A stretch of DNA of 63,344 bases, counting the filler, from Octopus bimaculoides (Eukaryota): the NCBI RefSeq assembly GCF_001194135.2. It is 7 parts of 7 records of this genome, joined end to end, with 100 filler letters (N's around TTAATTAATTAA, not from the genome) between each part and the next. Parts side by side here need not be neighbours in the genome. Positions count along the whole stretch, not along the records: positions 18,250 to 28,198 come from NC_068998.1; positions 28,299 to 33,442 come from NC_068987.1; positions 33,543 to 48,173 come from NC_068991.1; 4 more parts are not named here. One strand, given 5' to 3'. The notes under the pieces are model-generated. The model saw only the letters and a program-made list of their open reading frames with translations, was not told the DNA's origin and made no database searches. Numbering within the stretch: position 1 is the stretch's first letter; every line of letters begins with the position of its first letter. The position numbers were made by a program, and so were the translations under genes. This document shows, piece by piece, positions 24,445 to 36,694 of this stretch.

Positions 24445-24800
24445 ACCACCACCACCACCACTACTGAGCATCACCACTACTCCAATCACCACCACCACCC
24501 TCACTGTATTAATATCACCACCACCACCACCACTTTCACTACATTGATATCACCACCACTTTCGCCACACTGATATCACCACTGCCACCTTCGAAACACT
24601 AAATCCACTAGCACTGACAGCACAGTCACAGCGAGCAACACTAATAAAGACTACCACTAATATCAAAAGCGCTACTACTACAACTGTCACCACTGCAATC
24701 ACCCTCACCACCATCACTACTGCTGCTGCTCCAACTGCAACTAGCTTGCTGCTGCTACTGCTACTGTAGCTGCTGCTGTTGCTCTACTGCTGTTTCCACC
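24445..24800. repeat. Degenerate CAC/ACT/GCT triplet low-complexity tract
   Basis: Directly visible. Confidence 0.8.
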
Positions 24801-25279
24801 GTCCCCACCAGAGATGTGTAGCCGGTAGCTGTGACAGATATTATTAGTCAGGTACAACAACACAGGAAGATAACTCACCACCACCGATCTTTAAGACAGT
24901 CTTCCCTCCAATAGTGGTCAAGCACGTCACCCCCCACCTCTATTTGACCGTTGCACTAATTAAGCCGTTTTTCACCCCCACCACCAGAGCACCATGGCTT
25001 ATAGTTTTGTAGATAGCTTTTGGGTGAACAATGTAAGTACTTCTTTGATTATCCGCTTCATTCATATTAATCTGCACACCTACACATCGAGATTGTCCAC
25101 CAACACGATTCCTTCGCATTTAATTCTTAACTTATTCCATAACAGCCTTGAAACGTATGTCTCTTTCTCGTTCTGTCTTTTTCTCTTTCACTCTTTCATC
25201 TCGATTTCTAAAGGGAACCCAAAGCCTTTGCATATTTCACTGATATACATTATTTATTTATTATGTCCCACCTACCTAC

Positions 25280-25312
25280 GTATCTATCTATCTATCTATC
25301 TATCTATCTACA

Positions 25313-25374
<62 letters not shown>

Positions 25375-25375
25375 C

Positions 25376-25416
<41 letters not shown>

Positions 25417-25432
25417 CACACACACACACACG
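25280..25432. repeat. (TATC)n microsatellite followed by (CA)n
   Basis: Directly visible. Confidence 0.95.
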
Positions 25433-27506
25433 TATATATGTATGTATGTACATCCAGCTATAATTCCTTATCGAGTATTAGTTGTTATTGTCAAGATGAA
25501 AAAGACGAAGATTACTGTCCAGTTCCTGTAAAAGTCTTGACAAATCCTGAAAGAACAATAAATGTGAAGAAAAATGAATCTACACCACACCTGATATTTA
25601 CAAATGAAAATGAAAGGGAGTTCGTTTATTTAAAATAAACATTTACATATTGAGTGGACACCAAAACACAGAATACATATTACGTTATTTTCACTTTCAT
25701 TGCCCAGCTCTCAGACATTACCATAATGCTTCAACATGACAATAAATATCAGTTAATTCCTTAATTTAAAGGGTTATATATTGTTGGCAACAGCGTTTTA
25801 TTTAAATTGACTCATTTGGAATCTGGCTTCGTTAAAAAAAAAAATATTAAAAAAGCCTGTCCAAATATTTGCGTGTGATCTCTAAATATTTACTCTCGGT
25901 CCTTGAGTCACTCCTCTTTTGCCGATGTACTTCATAAGCCTGTATTAAAGTTTATGTTAAAAGTATATAAATCTGTAAATATGTGAGTATGAGGAGAGGT
26001 TGCTGAGTGGATATTTGCGTGTAAGTGTATGTAATTCAAGTCCTTGTGGTTTTTTGTTTGGTGTGTGCGTATGTGTGTGTTGTAAGTAAGAGTTTGTGCG
26101 CTTAACCAGAGTTGTATAATTGGGATGGAGGCGTTTTATGTACATATCTTACATGCGTTTCTACTAGTACATATATTTACAATAATACAAATTTGAGGAC
26201 AACAAAACATATCAATCCAAGCGAACCACGATTTAAGACAGGAAATTCTGCAACCAACAAAACACCTTCAAAGTGACATTTAAACGGTTTGGCTTTCTTC
26301 CTGCTACAGCTGTTTTTTTGCCCAGTTTCGATCTTAAAACCAATAGTTACTCCAGTGTTTTACAATTCAATATTCATGAATGCGTGCGTGTATAAATATA
26401 CATACATACATACATACATATATATATATATATATGTTTTTAAGGGGCTGGCTTTGAGAGTTGCATTTCCTCGCGTTCGGTAAAAATGTGTTTTTTATGG
26501 TAGTCTGACCTTAGAGTCCCTCATAGCGTGAGGCATTATTGTATAGTAATGCCCTTATATAAATAAATAAATATATATATATATATATATATATGGGGTG
26601 GAGTGCCTGCGCGCGGACGCCTATACATACAACAAAACAGACAAACATACAAATATAATATTTTATTACCTGAGTTTACTACTGTAAAGGGTCAAGGACC
26701 TAGTTTCATGCCAAGTAATATAGATATTTAAGAATAAATGTGCGCGCACACACACATTGACGTACACAAAAAAGTGTTTCTATGCGTATGCACATCTATA
26801 CATGTTTATATACATATATATAAACAGACATATATTTATATATATATAATAATAATAATATTAGGGATAAAATCCAAAATTACAGGTAAAAACCCAATTA
26901 ATTATTAATTTTAATTATTAATTTTTCTATATGTGACAGTAGATTTTCATCGATGAGTTCATGAACCTTGGTTTTTTTTTCCTAAAACTATATATTTATA
27001 TATATATGTGTGTGTGTGTGTATCTCATGATGATGGTGATGAATCTTTGAAAGAAGGAGAGATCTTGAAAATCATATTGTTCCCCTTAGATTCACCTCTC
27101 CTCCACAGTTGCCCATCAGACACAGCTAATTACCTTTGCTATCTGCTTGTTTTCTTACCATCTGTTCTGCATCATTAGCAGTTGTCTAAAGCATCTGCAG
27201 ATGTTTTTTAATTATTTTTCTGCCAGCTCTCATTATCTGTGTTTATTAGTCTATAATTTCTGCTGTTTTGGCCAAAGATGCTTGAGCAGGTTGTACGGCA
27301 AATTACAATGATGCATTTAACTTGATTGCCATACAGCCATACACTTATTTCTAAGTCCAGAAAGAGTGAGCTGACATATGTATATGTATGCATGTGTATG
27401 AATATATATGTATATGTATGTATGTATGTACATTATATGTTTGTATGTGTATCTACATGTATGTATTTATGTATTTACACACACACACATGTATATATAT
27501 GTATGT

Positions 27507-27725
27507 ATCATCATCATCATTTAATGTCTGTTGTCCATGCTGGCATGGGTTGGATGGTTTAACCGGAGTTGGTAAGCTGGCAGGCTGCACCAGACTCCAA
27601 TCTGATTTGACATGGTTTCTATGGTTGGACGCCCTTCTTAATGCCAACCACTCCAAGAGTGTAATGGGTGCTTTTTATGTGCCACCAGCATGGGTGCCAT
27701 TTGCGTGTCACCAGTATCTGCCATG
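27507..27725 (-). mobile_element. Family-D SINE/LINE-tail repeat ending in (GAT)n
   Basis: Reverse complement of ...GAAGGGCGTCCAACC...CCCATGCCAGCATGGACAACAGACATTAAATGATGATG. Related copies at 13900-14040(-), 28483-28686(+), 30110-30365(-) and 33200-33442(-). Confidence 0.8.
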
Positions 27726-27783
27726 ACTGTTCAGCTTGATGGGTCTTCTTTCCAAGCACGATATAATGTGAAGGTCACCGTTT

Positions 27784-28165
27784 CTCTCAATAGCAATGCT
27801 CCACCTTTGAATGAGAGCATGTATCACTGCTCTGTAAAATTCTGTTGATAGTTCTTTGAGCTACTTCTTCACTACAGTTTTCACTTCCTCATCACTGGAC
27901 TATCATCTCTTCGGGCCCATGAAAGAGGATTTTGAGAGGCAAACATTATTCCAGTGATGAGGAAGTAAAAACTGTTGAGAAGAAGTGGCTCAAATAACAG
28001 TCAACAGAATTTTACAGGGCAGGGATACATGCTCTCATTCGAAGGTGGAACATTCCTATTGAGAGAAGTAGGGATGTGATCCACAGAGGACCAGCTTCGT
28101 TTTGATGTATGATACATGTTCCTGTCCTAAACAAAATGGCATTACTTTTTGACTCACCCTCGTAT
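27784..28165 (+). mobile_element. Mariner 3' fragment with TIR and an internal inverted duplication
   Basis: DYHLFGPMKE...GKHYSSDEEVKTVEKKWLK*QSTEFYRAGIHALIRRWNIPIER (mariner C-terminus), ending TTTTTGACTCACCCTCGTA. 27784-27899 is the reverse complement of 27950-28065. Confidence 0.88.
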
Positions 28166-28198
<33 letters not shown>

Positions 28199-28310
28199 NN
28201 NNNNNNNNNNNNNNNNNNNNNNNNNNNNNNNNNNNNNNNNNNTTAATTAATTAANNNNNNNNNNNNNNNNNNNNNNNNNNNNNNNNNNNNNNNNNNNNTA
28301 TATATATATC

Positions 28311-28905
28311 GGCGCTGGAGTGGGTGTGTGGTAAGTAGCTTGCTTACCAACCACATGGTCCTGGGTTCAGTCCCACAGCGTGACACCTTGGACAAGTGTC
28401 TTCTACTATAGCCTCAAGTAGACCAAAGCCTTGTGAGTGGATTTGGTAGACGGAAACTGGAAGAAGTCCATCGTATATATAACGCCAGAGTGGCCCTCGT
28501 GCCGGTAGCATGTAAAAGCACCCACTACACTCTTGGAGTGGTTGGCATTAAGAAGGGCATCCAGCTGTAGAAACTACCATGTCAAATTGGAACCTGGTGT
28601 AGCCATCCGGTTCACCAGTCCTCAGTCAAATTGTCCAACCCATGCTAGCATGGAAAGTGGATGTTAAACGATGATGATGATGATGATATATATATATATA
28701 TATAGATATATATATATATATGCATGTATGTATGTGTTTGTGAAAGAAGCCTGTCGTATATATATATGTGTATATATGTATGTATGTGTTTGTTGTTTGT
28801 GTCTGTGTTTGTTCCCCCTCCCCCACCATCACTTGACAACCGATGCTGGTGTGTTTACGTACCTGTAACTTAGCAATGAGTGCAAATCTGTGTAGGGTTG
28901 GTGCC
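28311..28905 (+). mobile_element. Family-C SINE interrupted in its TA tract by a family-D element (28483-28686)
   Basis: Family-C head at 28311-28480, family-D tail with (GAT)n at 28686, family-C body resumes at ~28740. Confidence 0.75.
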
Positions 28906-29349
28906 AAATGTAAAGAGGAGATGAGTTGAGCCTGTGTGGTGCAAAGGAATGTAGAGAGAAGATTAATTCCAGTTCACTGTGAAAGCAGGAAACCAGGTGA
29001 CCCTTGTGCAGACACAGTTCTCACACAGACAGATATTGCAGCTTGCCACCTCCTTGTTAAATCATCCAATCCATGCCATCTCATAGAAAACAGACGTTAA
29101 ATGATGATGATGTTGACGATGATATATATTTATAAAAGTGTAAACAAGAGATACTGGATTGAACAAGCAAGCTTATTGCATAATGCTACAACTGTTTCAG
29201 CTTCACTTTATCTGCAGATATTTGCCAAGATATTATTATATAATATATTAAATATATCACATTGTCTCAGTATTATTTCAGCATCATTGGTAAGTGAAAG
29301 CTCCTCAGATATGAATCTGCAATGTAATATATTTAATATATATTAATTT

Positions 29350-29600
29350 CAGATTTTGACACAGAGGAGACTGAGGTTAGCTGGACTCGCTCACCATCAT
29401 TCAGAGCTAATACTGCACTCAGTGCTCCTGTGGGAGCCTCTATGCAGACACACTGGAAGAGGGAGACCGAGGGTGACACATGTTGATGCCCTAAGGTCAG
29501 ACATTGGTCTCTGGGAGACACAGGACATGGCAGCGATGATGAGGGACAAAGACTGCTGGAGAGAACTTGTCCATGGATCTCAAGAATTTTACCCACCTTA
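29350..29600 (+). mobile_element. RTE-type LINE 3' ORF fragment
   Basis: QRRLRLAGLAHHHSELILHSVLLWEPLCRHTGRGRPRVTHVDALRSDIG...AAMMRDKDCWRELV: RRLRLAGH...LW.P...GRP...DR..WR motif. Confidence 0.8.
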
Positions 29601-29609
29601 GACAGACAG

Positions 29610-29810
29610 ATTTTGGCACAAGGCCAGTAATTTTGGGCTGGGGAATTGATTAGATCAATCCCAGTACTCAGCTGCTACTCATTTTCTTAGCTCTGAAAGG
29701 ATTTAAGGCCAAGCAGACCTCAGTGGAATTTGAACTCAGAGTACAAAAACAGACTAAATGCTGTTAAGCATTGTGCCTGGCATATTAATGATTCTGCAAG
29801 CTGGCCACCT
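29610..29810 (-). mobile_element. Diverged family-A SINE
   Basis: Alignable to the family-A consensus seen elsewhere in the window. Confidence 0.75.
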
Positions 29811-30076
29811 TACTATATTTAACATACTACATAATATTTCAGCAAGTAATTGTTGGTAAAGTGAAGATGAAACAATCATAGTGTTATGCAACAAATTGTG
29901 TTTGCTCAATCCAATCTCTCTAGTTTATACTTTTGTGTTTATATTCTGTGGATATTCAGGGATTTCTGGATGTTTCTTCAGTAATGTGATCTGCTTATAT
30001 TGTGAAATTGCACCTGACATCCAGTACCTGTATACAGGCTTCATAAAGCAAATTACTATGTTTATACACAAATTAA

Positions 30077-30111
<35 letters not shown>

Positions 30112-31188
30112 CACCCATGCCAACATCGTCTCCTTCATTGGACACGAAACTCAGCTTGCGAAGACTTATTGGGGCAAGCGAAAACGAAATTGTGATGGCA
30201 CCTGTGCCCAACATCGCCTTTCTGGCACTTGTGCCCGCAGCATGTCTAAGGACTTTCGAGTGAGATCATTGCCAGTGCCCCTGGACTGGCTCTTGTGCGG
30301 GTGGCACATAAAATACACCATTTTGAGCGTGGCCATTGCCAGTACTGCCTGACTGGCCTTCGTGCNNNNNNNNNNNNNNNNNNNNNNNNNNNNNNNNNNN
30401 NNNNNNNNNNNNNNNNNNNNNNNNNNNNNNNNNNNNNNNNNNNNNNNNNNNNNNNNNNNNNNNNNNNNNNNNNNNNNNNNNNNNNNNNNNNNNNNNNNNN
30501 NNNNNNNNNNNNNNNNNNNNNNNNNNNNNNNNNNNNNNNNNNNNNNNNNNNNNNNNNNNNNNNNNNNNNNNNNNNNNNNNNNNNNNNNNNNNNNNNNNNN
30601 NNNNNNNNNNNNNNNNNNNNNNNNNNNNNNNNNNNNNNNNNNNNNNNNNNNNNNNNNNNNNNNNNNNNNNNNNNNNNNNNNNNNNNNNNNNNNNNNNNNN
30701 NNNNNNNNNNNNNNNNNNNNNNNNNNNNNNNNNNNNNNNNNNNNNNNNNNNNNNNNNNNNNNNNNNNNNNNNNNNNNNNNNNNNNNNNNNNNNNNNNNNN
30801 NNNNNNNNNNNTAAGTTATGCATTATATATACATAACTTAGAAGCAGTGCTACGGATGTGCCAACACACATGAGCTTGAGACATGGCTACCCTCATGCCC
30901 TTCTCATGAGGAATTCCAGAAGGAGCTTCGTGAGACCACTGCAGAGACGCTTCCGGAAAAAAAAAAAAATTCAGTAACAGTTGGAAAACTGATTATAGCA
31001 GTGACTCGATCAATTCCTAGCGAAATCTGAAGAAGGAATTTTTGTATTCTGAAATATTATTATTATATTAGACAATGGATAATTAAATTATAAATGGTTA
31101 TTATAATCCACTCTGCATTGCCATGCCATTCAAGACACATTATATTTTACAAACAATACACAATGCTTCAAGTGAACTACAATACTCT

Positions 31189-31251
<63 letters not shown>

Positions 31252-31406
31252 AGTGGTGAGTAAAAGTAGGTATACAGTTGCTTAATATAACTGAAATGTT
31301 CTTTTCATTTCTTTATTTCTTTTTTAGGAAAAGAATTCTATGATTTTATGTTTTTTTAATTCTTTTTGTAATATAATAATTATTCCTAATTTCAGATTTG
31401 TATTAT

Positions 31407-31790
31407 ATGACTGGAAATTTGATCAATGATGAATGAAAGTGGATCATTGAGCAATACTAGACAACAGAGAATGCAGAAATGGTTAGACAGAAATGGTCCA
31501 AAGACTTTCAAAAACCAGCTCTGTCAAGATTAACACTCGCCAAAATATGAGACAAATTGGAGCAGATTGGACCCCTCTGCAATGCATAGAAAAGTGGTTG
31601 ACCAGTCAATGTTACCATGGAAAATGAAATGCTTATGGCTCAAGTATTCACTCAAAGTCCCCAGAAATCAAAAGAAGGCTTAAAATAAACTAGGCGTCTC
31701 ACACAGATCCCTTAGTCAATTTACAAATCACTAAGGTTTAATAAAGAAATAGAGAAACAAAAAGAAAATTCCACTCATATTAAGCAACTG
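31407..31790 (+). pseudogene. Tc1/mariner-superfamily transposase relic, DUF4817-type N-terminal HTH
   Basis: MTGNLINDE*KWIIEQY*TTENAEMVRQKWSKDFQKPALSRLTLAKI*DKLEQIGPLCNA*KSG*PVNVTMENEMLMAQVFTQSPQKS matches ERxWI...W..F..P.P.R.TI..I..KFE..G.V....SGRP...SP.KS. Confidence 0.75.
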
Positions 31791-33542
31791 TATAACTGTT
31801 TGCCAACCCCTGTATGTATTATTGCTTAGTCAGGAGGGAAGGACACTGTTCAAAGTACTGCATTTCTTTAAGTGCCTTAAAACTATCAGAAGAAAGAGAG
31901 GAAGTTATTCTCAAACTGAAGACCGGCCTCAAATTCCTGCAACAATGTTCACTCCATTAAAGGTACATAAGGATCAAATTAAGTGTACCCAACATAAAGG
32001 GCCAGAACAAATACCACGAGTTGTTTGTCTGACACAGCCGTTTAGCATTTAAGCTAGCCATATCTGACCCAAATATTCCTCTTGTTTTACGTTCAAACCA
32101 GCCAGAACTAGCCTCTCATGTCTTCCCTACAATGTTATTCTAAAAATAAACAATGACATCATCAAAATTAACAAAATAATGTATAATTACTTCAAAACAA
32201 CATAAATATATAAGCATTCCATTCGACAGTGTAATCTGAATGCTAAAGAGTTAATAGTTCCTCCAATCTGCTATCGTAAAGTGTATTTTATTTTATCAAT
32301 ATCCTCCACCTGAGAGCATTAAAATACAACAGCAACTTTGGTGGAATGTGAACTCAAATGCAGAGACCCAAAGCAAATACCACAAACCATTTATTTCTAT
32401 GCTCTAACAACTGTGCCAATTTAATGCTTTAAGAAAAATGTACCATAATATATTAAAATTTATAGATTCACTGGAATTTTGAGAGACAACTATATGAAGA
32501 GCTCACATAAGAGCAGTGGTGCATCTAGAGTGTGTACCACTCAGGGCAGCCTTAGAGTTTGCTTCCACTCATCAGGCTCTGAAACCTTTACAAGCTTATA
32601 TAGCAGACCATAAAAATGTTGCCCAGAGTACACTGCATCACCACCAGTTACACCAATGCATAAGAGATTTTCCTGTCAAAACAAGAAGCTTTCCTAATTA
32701 AAATTCTAATTTTCTTGAATACTCATAGAACTAATCTTAATATACTTCAATTTGGGATTTGGTTTGCAAGATTCTTTCTGTGAGTTCGTGTGTTGAAGTA
32801 TATTTTGTTGTGTCTGGGGAGAGTCATTTGCTTTCAGTGCCTTATTATTTAACTCACTCACCAGTCTGATTTCCACTCATTTACTTATTTTTACTAAAAT
32901 TTTCGTTGCTTTTTGCAACCTTTTCAATAGTCTATTAAAAATATTGCAAGATACATTTGTGGAGTATTGAGTCACTTGCAAGTTAATTTCATGAGCTGGC
33001 TGTTCCTGTTAATCAGATCACTTTGAACTCTCATTGTCATCATAACCAACAGGGTGCTAATTATTTATCAACCTCCAAAGAGACGAATGGACACAATGCA
33101 CCATCTGGTTCAAGGATTGAACCGTTGACCTCACAGCTATTAGGCCAACACTTTAACCGTTTGGCCAAGCACTTTTACATCATTGATACTTCAGTATACA
33201 TATCATCATCATCATCATCATCATCGTTTAACGTCCGCTTTCCATGCTAGCATGGGTTGGACGATTTGACTGAGGACTGGTGAAACCGGATGGCAACACC
33301 AGGCTCCAGTCTGATTTGGCAGAGTTTCTACAGCTGGATGCCCTTCCTAACGCCAACCACTCAGAGAGTGTAGTGGGTGCTTTTACGTGTCACCCGCACG
33401 AAAACGGCCACGCTCGAAATGGTGTCTTTTATGTGCCACCCGNNNNNNNNNNNNNNNNNNNNNNNNNNNNNNNNNNNNNNNNNNNNTTAATTAATTAANN
33501 NNNNNNNNNNNNNNNNNNNNNNNNNNNNNNNNNNNNNNNNNN

Positions 33543-33574
<32 letters not shown>

Positions 33575-34144
33575 AGAGCGAGAGAGGCTGCGATGGGTAA
33601 ATTGTCGCAATTTTATATTTTTAATTTCAAGCATGTGCATTGTAGGGATTTAATTCCTAGGTAGTTACGTTCTAAGTTCAAATCCCGCGAGAAGACTTTA
33701 TCGTCCATTCATTCGGCGTCAATGAAATCAAATACTAGTCTAACACTGTGGTCTGTACTGATGACAAACTCCCTCTTTCCAAAATGTCTAATTGCTATTT
33801 ATGTCCTGCATTACAATGATGGATCTGAACTCTATGAGATAAAACATAACACTATTAAGAACAAAATATTGCATTTTGTGCATGAGATTTATAAGTATTA
33901 CCAAATTGATTATAGAAAATAAACCAATCTGAAAGATTAAATGGCTGGAAAAAAAATGCCTAATTTTAATAACAGAAACCAGATTCTCTATAATGGTTAT
34001 AGAGAATCACCAGCTCACTATTCCGATTAATAAAAATCTTCCAAAATCAGATAGCGAATGAAATACATAACAAAACAAAAGATCTGTACCATCATTCCGC
34101 AGAAACTGCAAGCAGTAAATATGTATATATATATACATTGTTTG

Positions 34145-34770
34145 ACTTTAGAGTCCCATTAAAGCGATTGGCTTTTACACACAGTAATAGGCCTTGATAT
34201 TATAATGTATTTTATATATAAAGGAAAAAATTCGATACCTTGTATTAATTATTTCCTTAATTGGTTTACACGCTTGCTACTCGATAAAATCTTATATAGA
34301 TTCTATACTTGTATTTTGTTTACAAACATTGAACCGGAATATATTCAGTGTTGAATTATTTCGATTATAAACGGGTGGTGAGAGGAATTAGTCAGCGATC
34401 CCTTTAATTGGATTTATAAGTGTAAACATTTGCATATGCGCTGCTGGATCCACTGTGTTCGTTTGGTGTGTACAGACGTTTATATATTTATTTATTCCGG
34501 TTATGTTCGTACTGATGAGTGGAGAACTTGGTAATACATGGTGACCACGAAATCATTAATGGTGTACGAACGACTAAACCTCTTTTTATTGAAGAAATTT
34601 CTTCTAGTTTTCATTCTCTCGATGTCGGTGCGTGTGTATACTTATTGAAGTAGTTTCACTTTAGGGTCCCATTAAAGCGTGTGGCTTTTACACACAGTAA
34701 TATCCCTTGATATCATAATGTATTTTATATATATAAAGGAAAAAATTAGATGCTTGTATTAATTTTTTCC
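34145..34770 (+). mobile_element. ~1.2-mer of a 513-bp direct-repeat unit (Penelope pLTR or retrozyme-like)
   Basis: 34145-34256 is repeated at 34658-34770. Related fragments at ~9215-9345 and ~26505-26570. Contains a hammerhead fold. Confidence 0.65.
34505..34571 (+). ncRNA. Type I hammerhead ribozyme fold, G at the cleavage site so probably inactive
   Basis: Stem I GTTCGTA/TACGAAC (7 bp), core CTGATGA (34512-18), stem II GTGG/CCAC, GAAA (34549-52), stem III ATCAT/ATGGT, N17=G (34564). Confidence 0.75.
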
Positions 34771-34857
34771 ATGAGGATATCTTTTAGCTCCGGCATCTGA
34801 AACTCTGAGTATTGTTATGTCAACTAACTGATTGTCCTATATTATATATTTATACAT

Positions 34858-34890
<33 letters not shown>

Positions 34891-35114
34891 TATATNNNNN
34901 NNNNNNNNNNNNNNNNNNNNNNNNNNNNNNNNNNNNNNNNNNNNNNNNNNNNNNNNNNNNNNNNNNNNNNNNNNNNNNNNNNNNNNNNNNNNNNNNNNNN
35001 NNNNNNNNNNNNNNNNNNNNNTATGTATATATATATATACATATGAAAGAATGAATAGAGATGGTTTTGTTGAGGAGATAAATTTAATTATAATCTTAAA
35101 AATAATGTTTATGC

Positions 35115-35270
35115 ATGGCTGTGTGGTAAGAAGCTTGCTTCCCAGCTAGATGGTTCTGGGTTCAGCCCCACTGCGTGACACCTTGGGCAAGTGTCTTCTA
35201 GTATAGTCTTGGGCTAACCAAAGCCTTGTGAGTGGATTCAGTAGACGAAAAATGAAAGAAACCCATCGCA
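35115..35270 (+). mobile_element. Family-C SINE head fragment
   Basis: TGGCTGTGTGGTAAGAAGCTTGCTTCCC...GGGTTCAGCCCCACTGCG. Confidence 0.8.
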
Positions 35271-36025
35271 TATATATGAGATATGCCTGTATACTGAGAT
35301 TAGGAATACGATGTTCCTACTTGGGATATTATATTTTTTGAACGAACGTAAAGAAGAGACTTCATCGCACGAGTAGAGGAAAATAAGTTCTGTTTGGAAA
35401 TAATGTTAGTAAGGAGAGTGTAATGCTAACCAACTACAAGAATTCCTTGGTGAAATAAAATGTAGTAAATAAGAACAAGGGAAGCATAATCGATCGATTG
35501 AGGATTGGAATAAGACGAGCCAAAATAATGGCAAATGTAAGAAACTGTAGCAACGTACACATTCAGAAACTACACAGTTTATTGACAAAGTATGTAATAA
35601 CAATGTTAACAATATCATAATGGAAGAATTGAATGCAGTAATAGCTGCCCGACATTATTATGCAAGAAATAATATACAATGAAAATGGCATCTATTACAA
35701 AAATTCAGAAAAGATAATGGGAAGTGACTAAAATATGTGATGTTAGCAAGGACTAGACATACAAGAAGCTTAAAATGAGTGTATAGAATTGTAGATGGTG
35801 ATACAGTGAGCGGTGTATCATAATAAATCAGAAATATATGTCGTCACTCGCAAGCGTGTATGACGGGAACACGGACCGTGTTTTCGCTAGTTATGTTAGC
35901 TGGCTGCAGATTCATAAGAATAAGCATCTCGAGTCCATCAACCTGATTGATCAGTTGTAGATTATGATAAATGGCTGCATTTTCAACTTGCTGGTGTCTT
36001 AACAAATGAATAGAATAAAACAGTA

Positions 36026-36191
36026 TGTTGTGTCGACGCCCCCAGGCGAACAAGTAGGATCTCCCAAGACATATAAATAGAGGTAGTCTGGCCGTAGTAG
36101 GGGTGTTGAGTAGCAGTCGAGTAGCAGTTGTGTAGCGGTTGAGTAGAGATCATCCGAAGGTGCTAGATAGCAGTAGCGTTGAGACATAACA
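36026..36191 (+). mobile_element. Short (166-bp) solo LTR with 5-bp TSD
   Basis: TGTTGTGTC...GACATAACA inverted termini (TG...CA). CAGTA at 36021-25 and 36192-96. TATAAATA at 36072. Confidence 0.7.
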
Positions 36192-36387
36192 CAGTACGAA
36201 ATGAAATGATTTGAGCAAAGTCACAACACACTGGTCCGTGTGGAATTTGAACGCTTGACTTTCGTTATCATGTGCTAACATTTTATCCACTAGGCTACGC
36301 ATTTTGACAGAAACAGAAACAGAAATGATATAAAGAACAACAGAAACAGCAGCATCGAGGAAACTTGGAAACAGGAGTACAACCAAA

Positions 36388-36625
36388 AGGCGGTGAGCTG
36401 GCAGAAACATTAGCACACCGGGCGAAATGCTTAGCGGTATTTCGTCTGCCGTTACGTTCTGAGTTTAAATTCCGCCGAGGTCGATTTTGCCTTTCATCCT
36501 TTCGGGGTTGATAATTTAAGTACCAGTTAGGCACTGGGGTCGATGTAATCGACTTAATCCCTTTGTCTGTCCTTGTTTTCTCCCCTCTATGTTTAGCCCC
36601 TTGTGGGCAATAAAGAAATAAGAAA
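36388..36625 (+). mobile_element. Family-A SINE, full length
   Basis: GGCGGTGAGCTGGCAGAAAC head through the AATAAAGAAATAAGAAA tail. Confidence 0.9.
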
Positions 36626-36694
36626 TAACAACCAAACCTCCTGCAAATCACGCCCGGCTGTATTGAGTGTGGAGCTATTCAATGAGACAAGAAC

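Noticed and set aside
24994-25638. 214-aa ORF with a plausible-looking C-terminus (CYCQDEKDEDYCPVPV...)
   Set aside because: It runs through a (TATC)n array. There is no domain, and a competing minus-strand acceptor is equally plausible.
29210-30050. Minus-strand exon-like frames FISEELSLTNDAEIILRQC... and PVYRYWMSGAISQY...
   Set aside because: The phases are incompatible, and both overlap or abut the old inverted repeat.
32500-32590. CTGATGAGTGG on the minus strand (hammerhead-like start); also CTGATGA hits at 10512, 33758 and 37350(-)
   Set aside because: No GAAA or stem II/III/I pairing in the required order.
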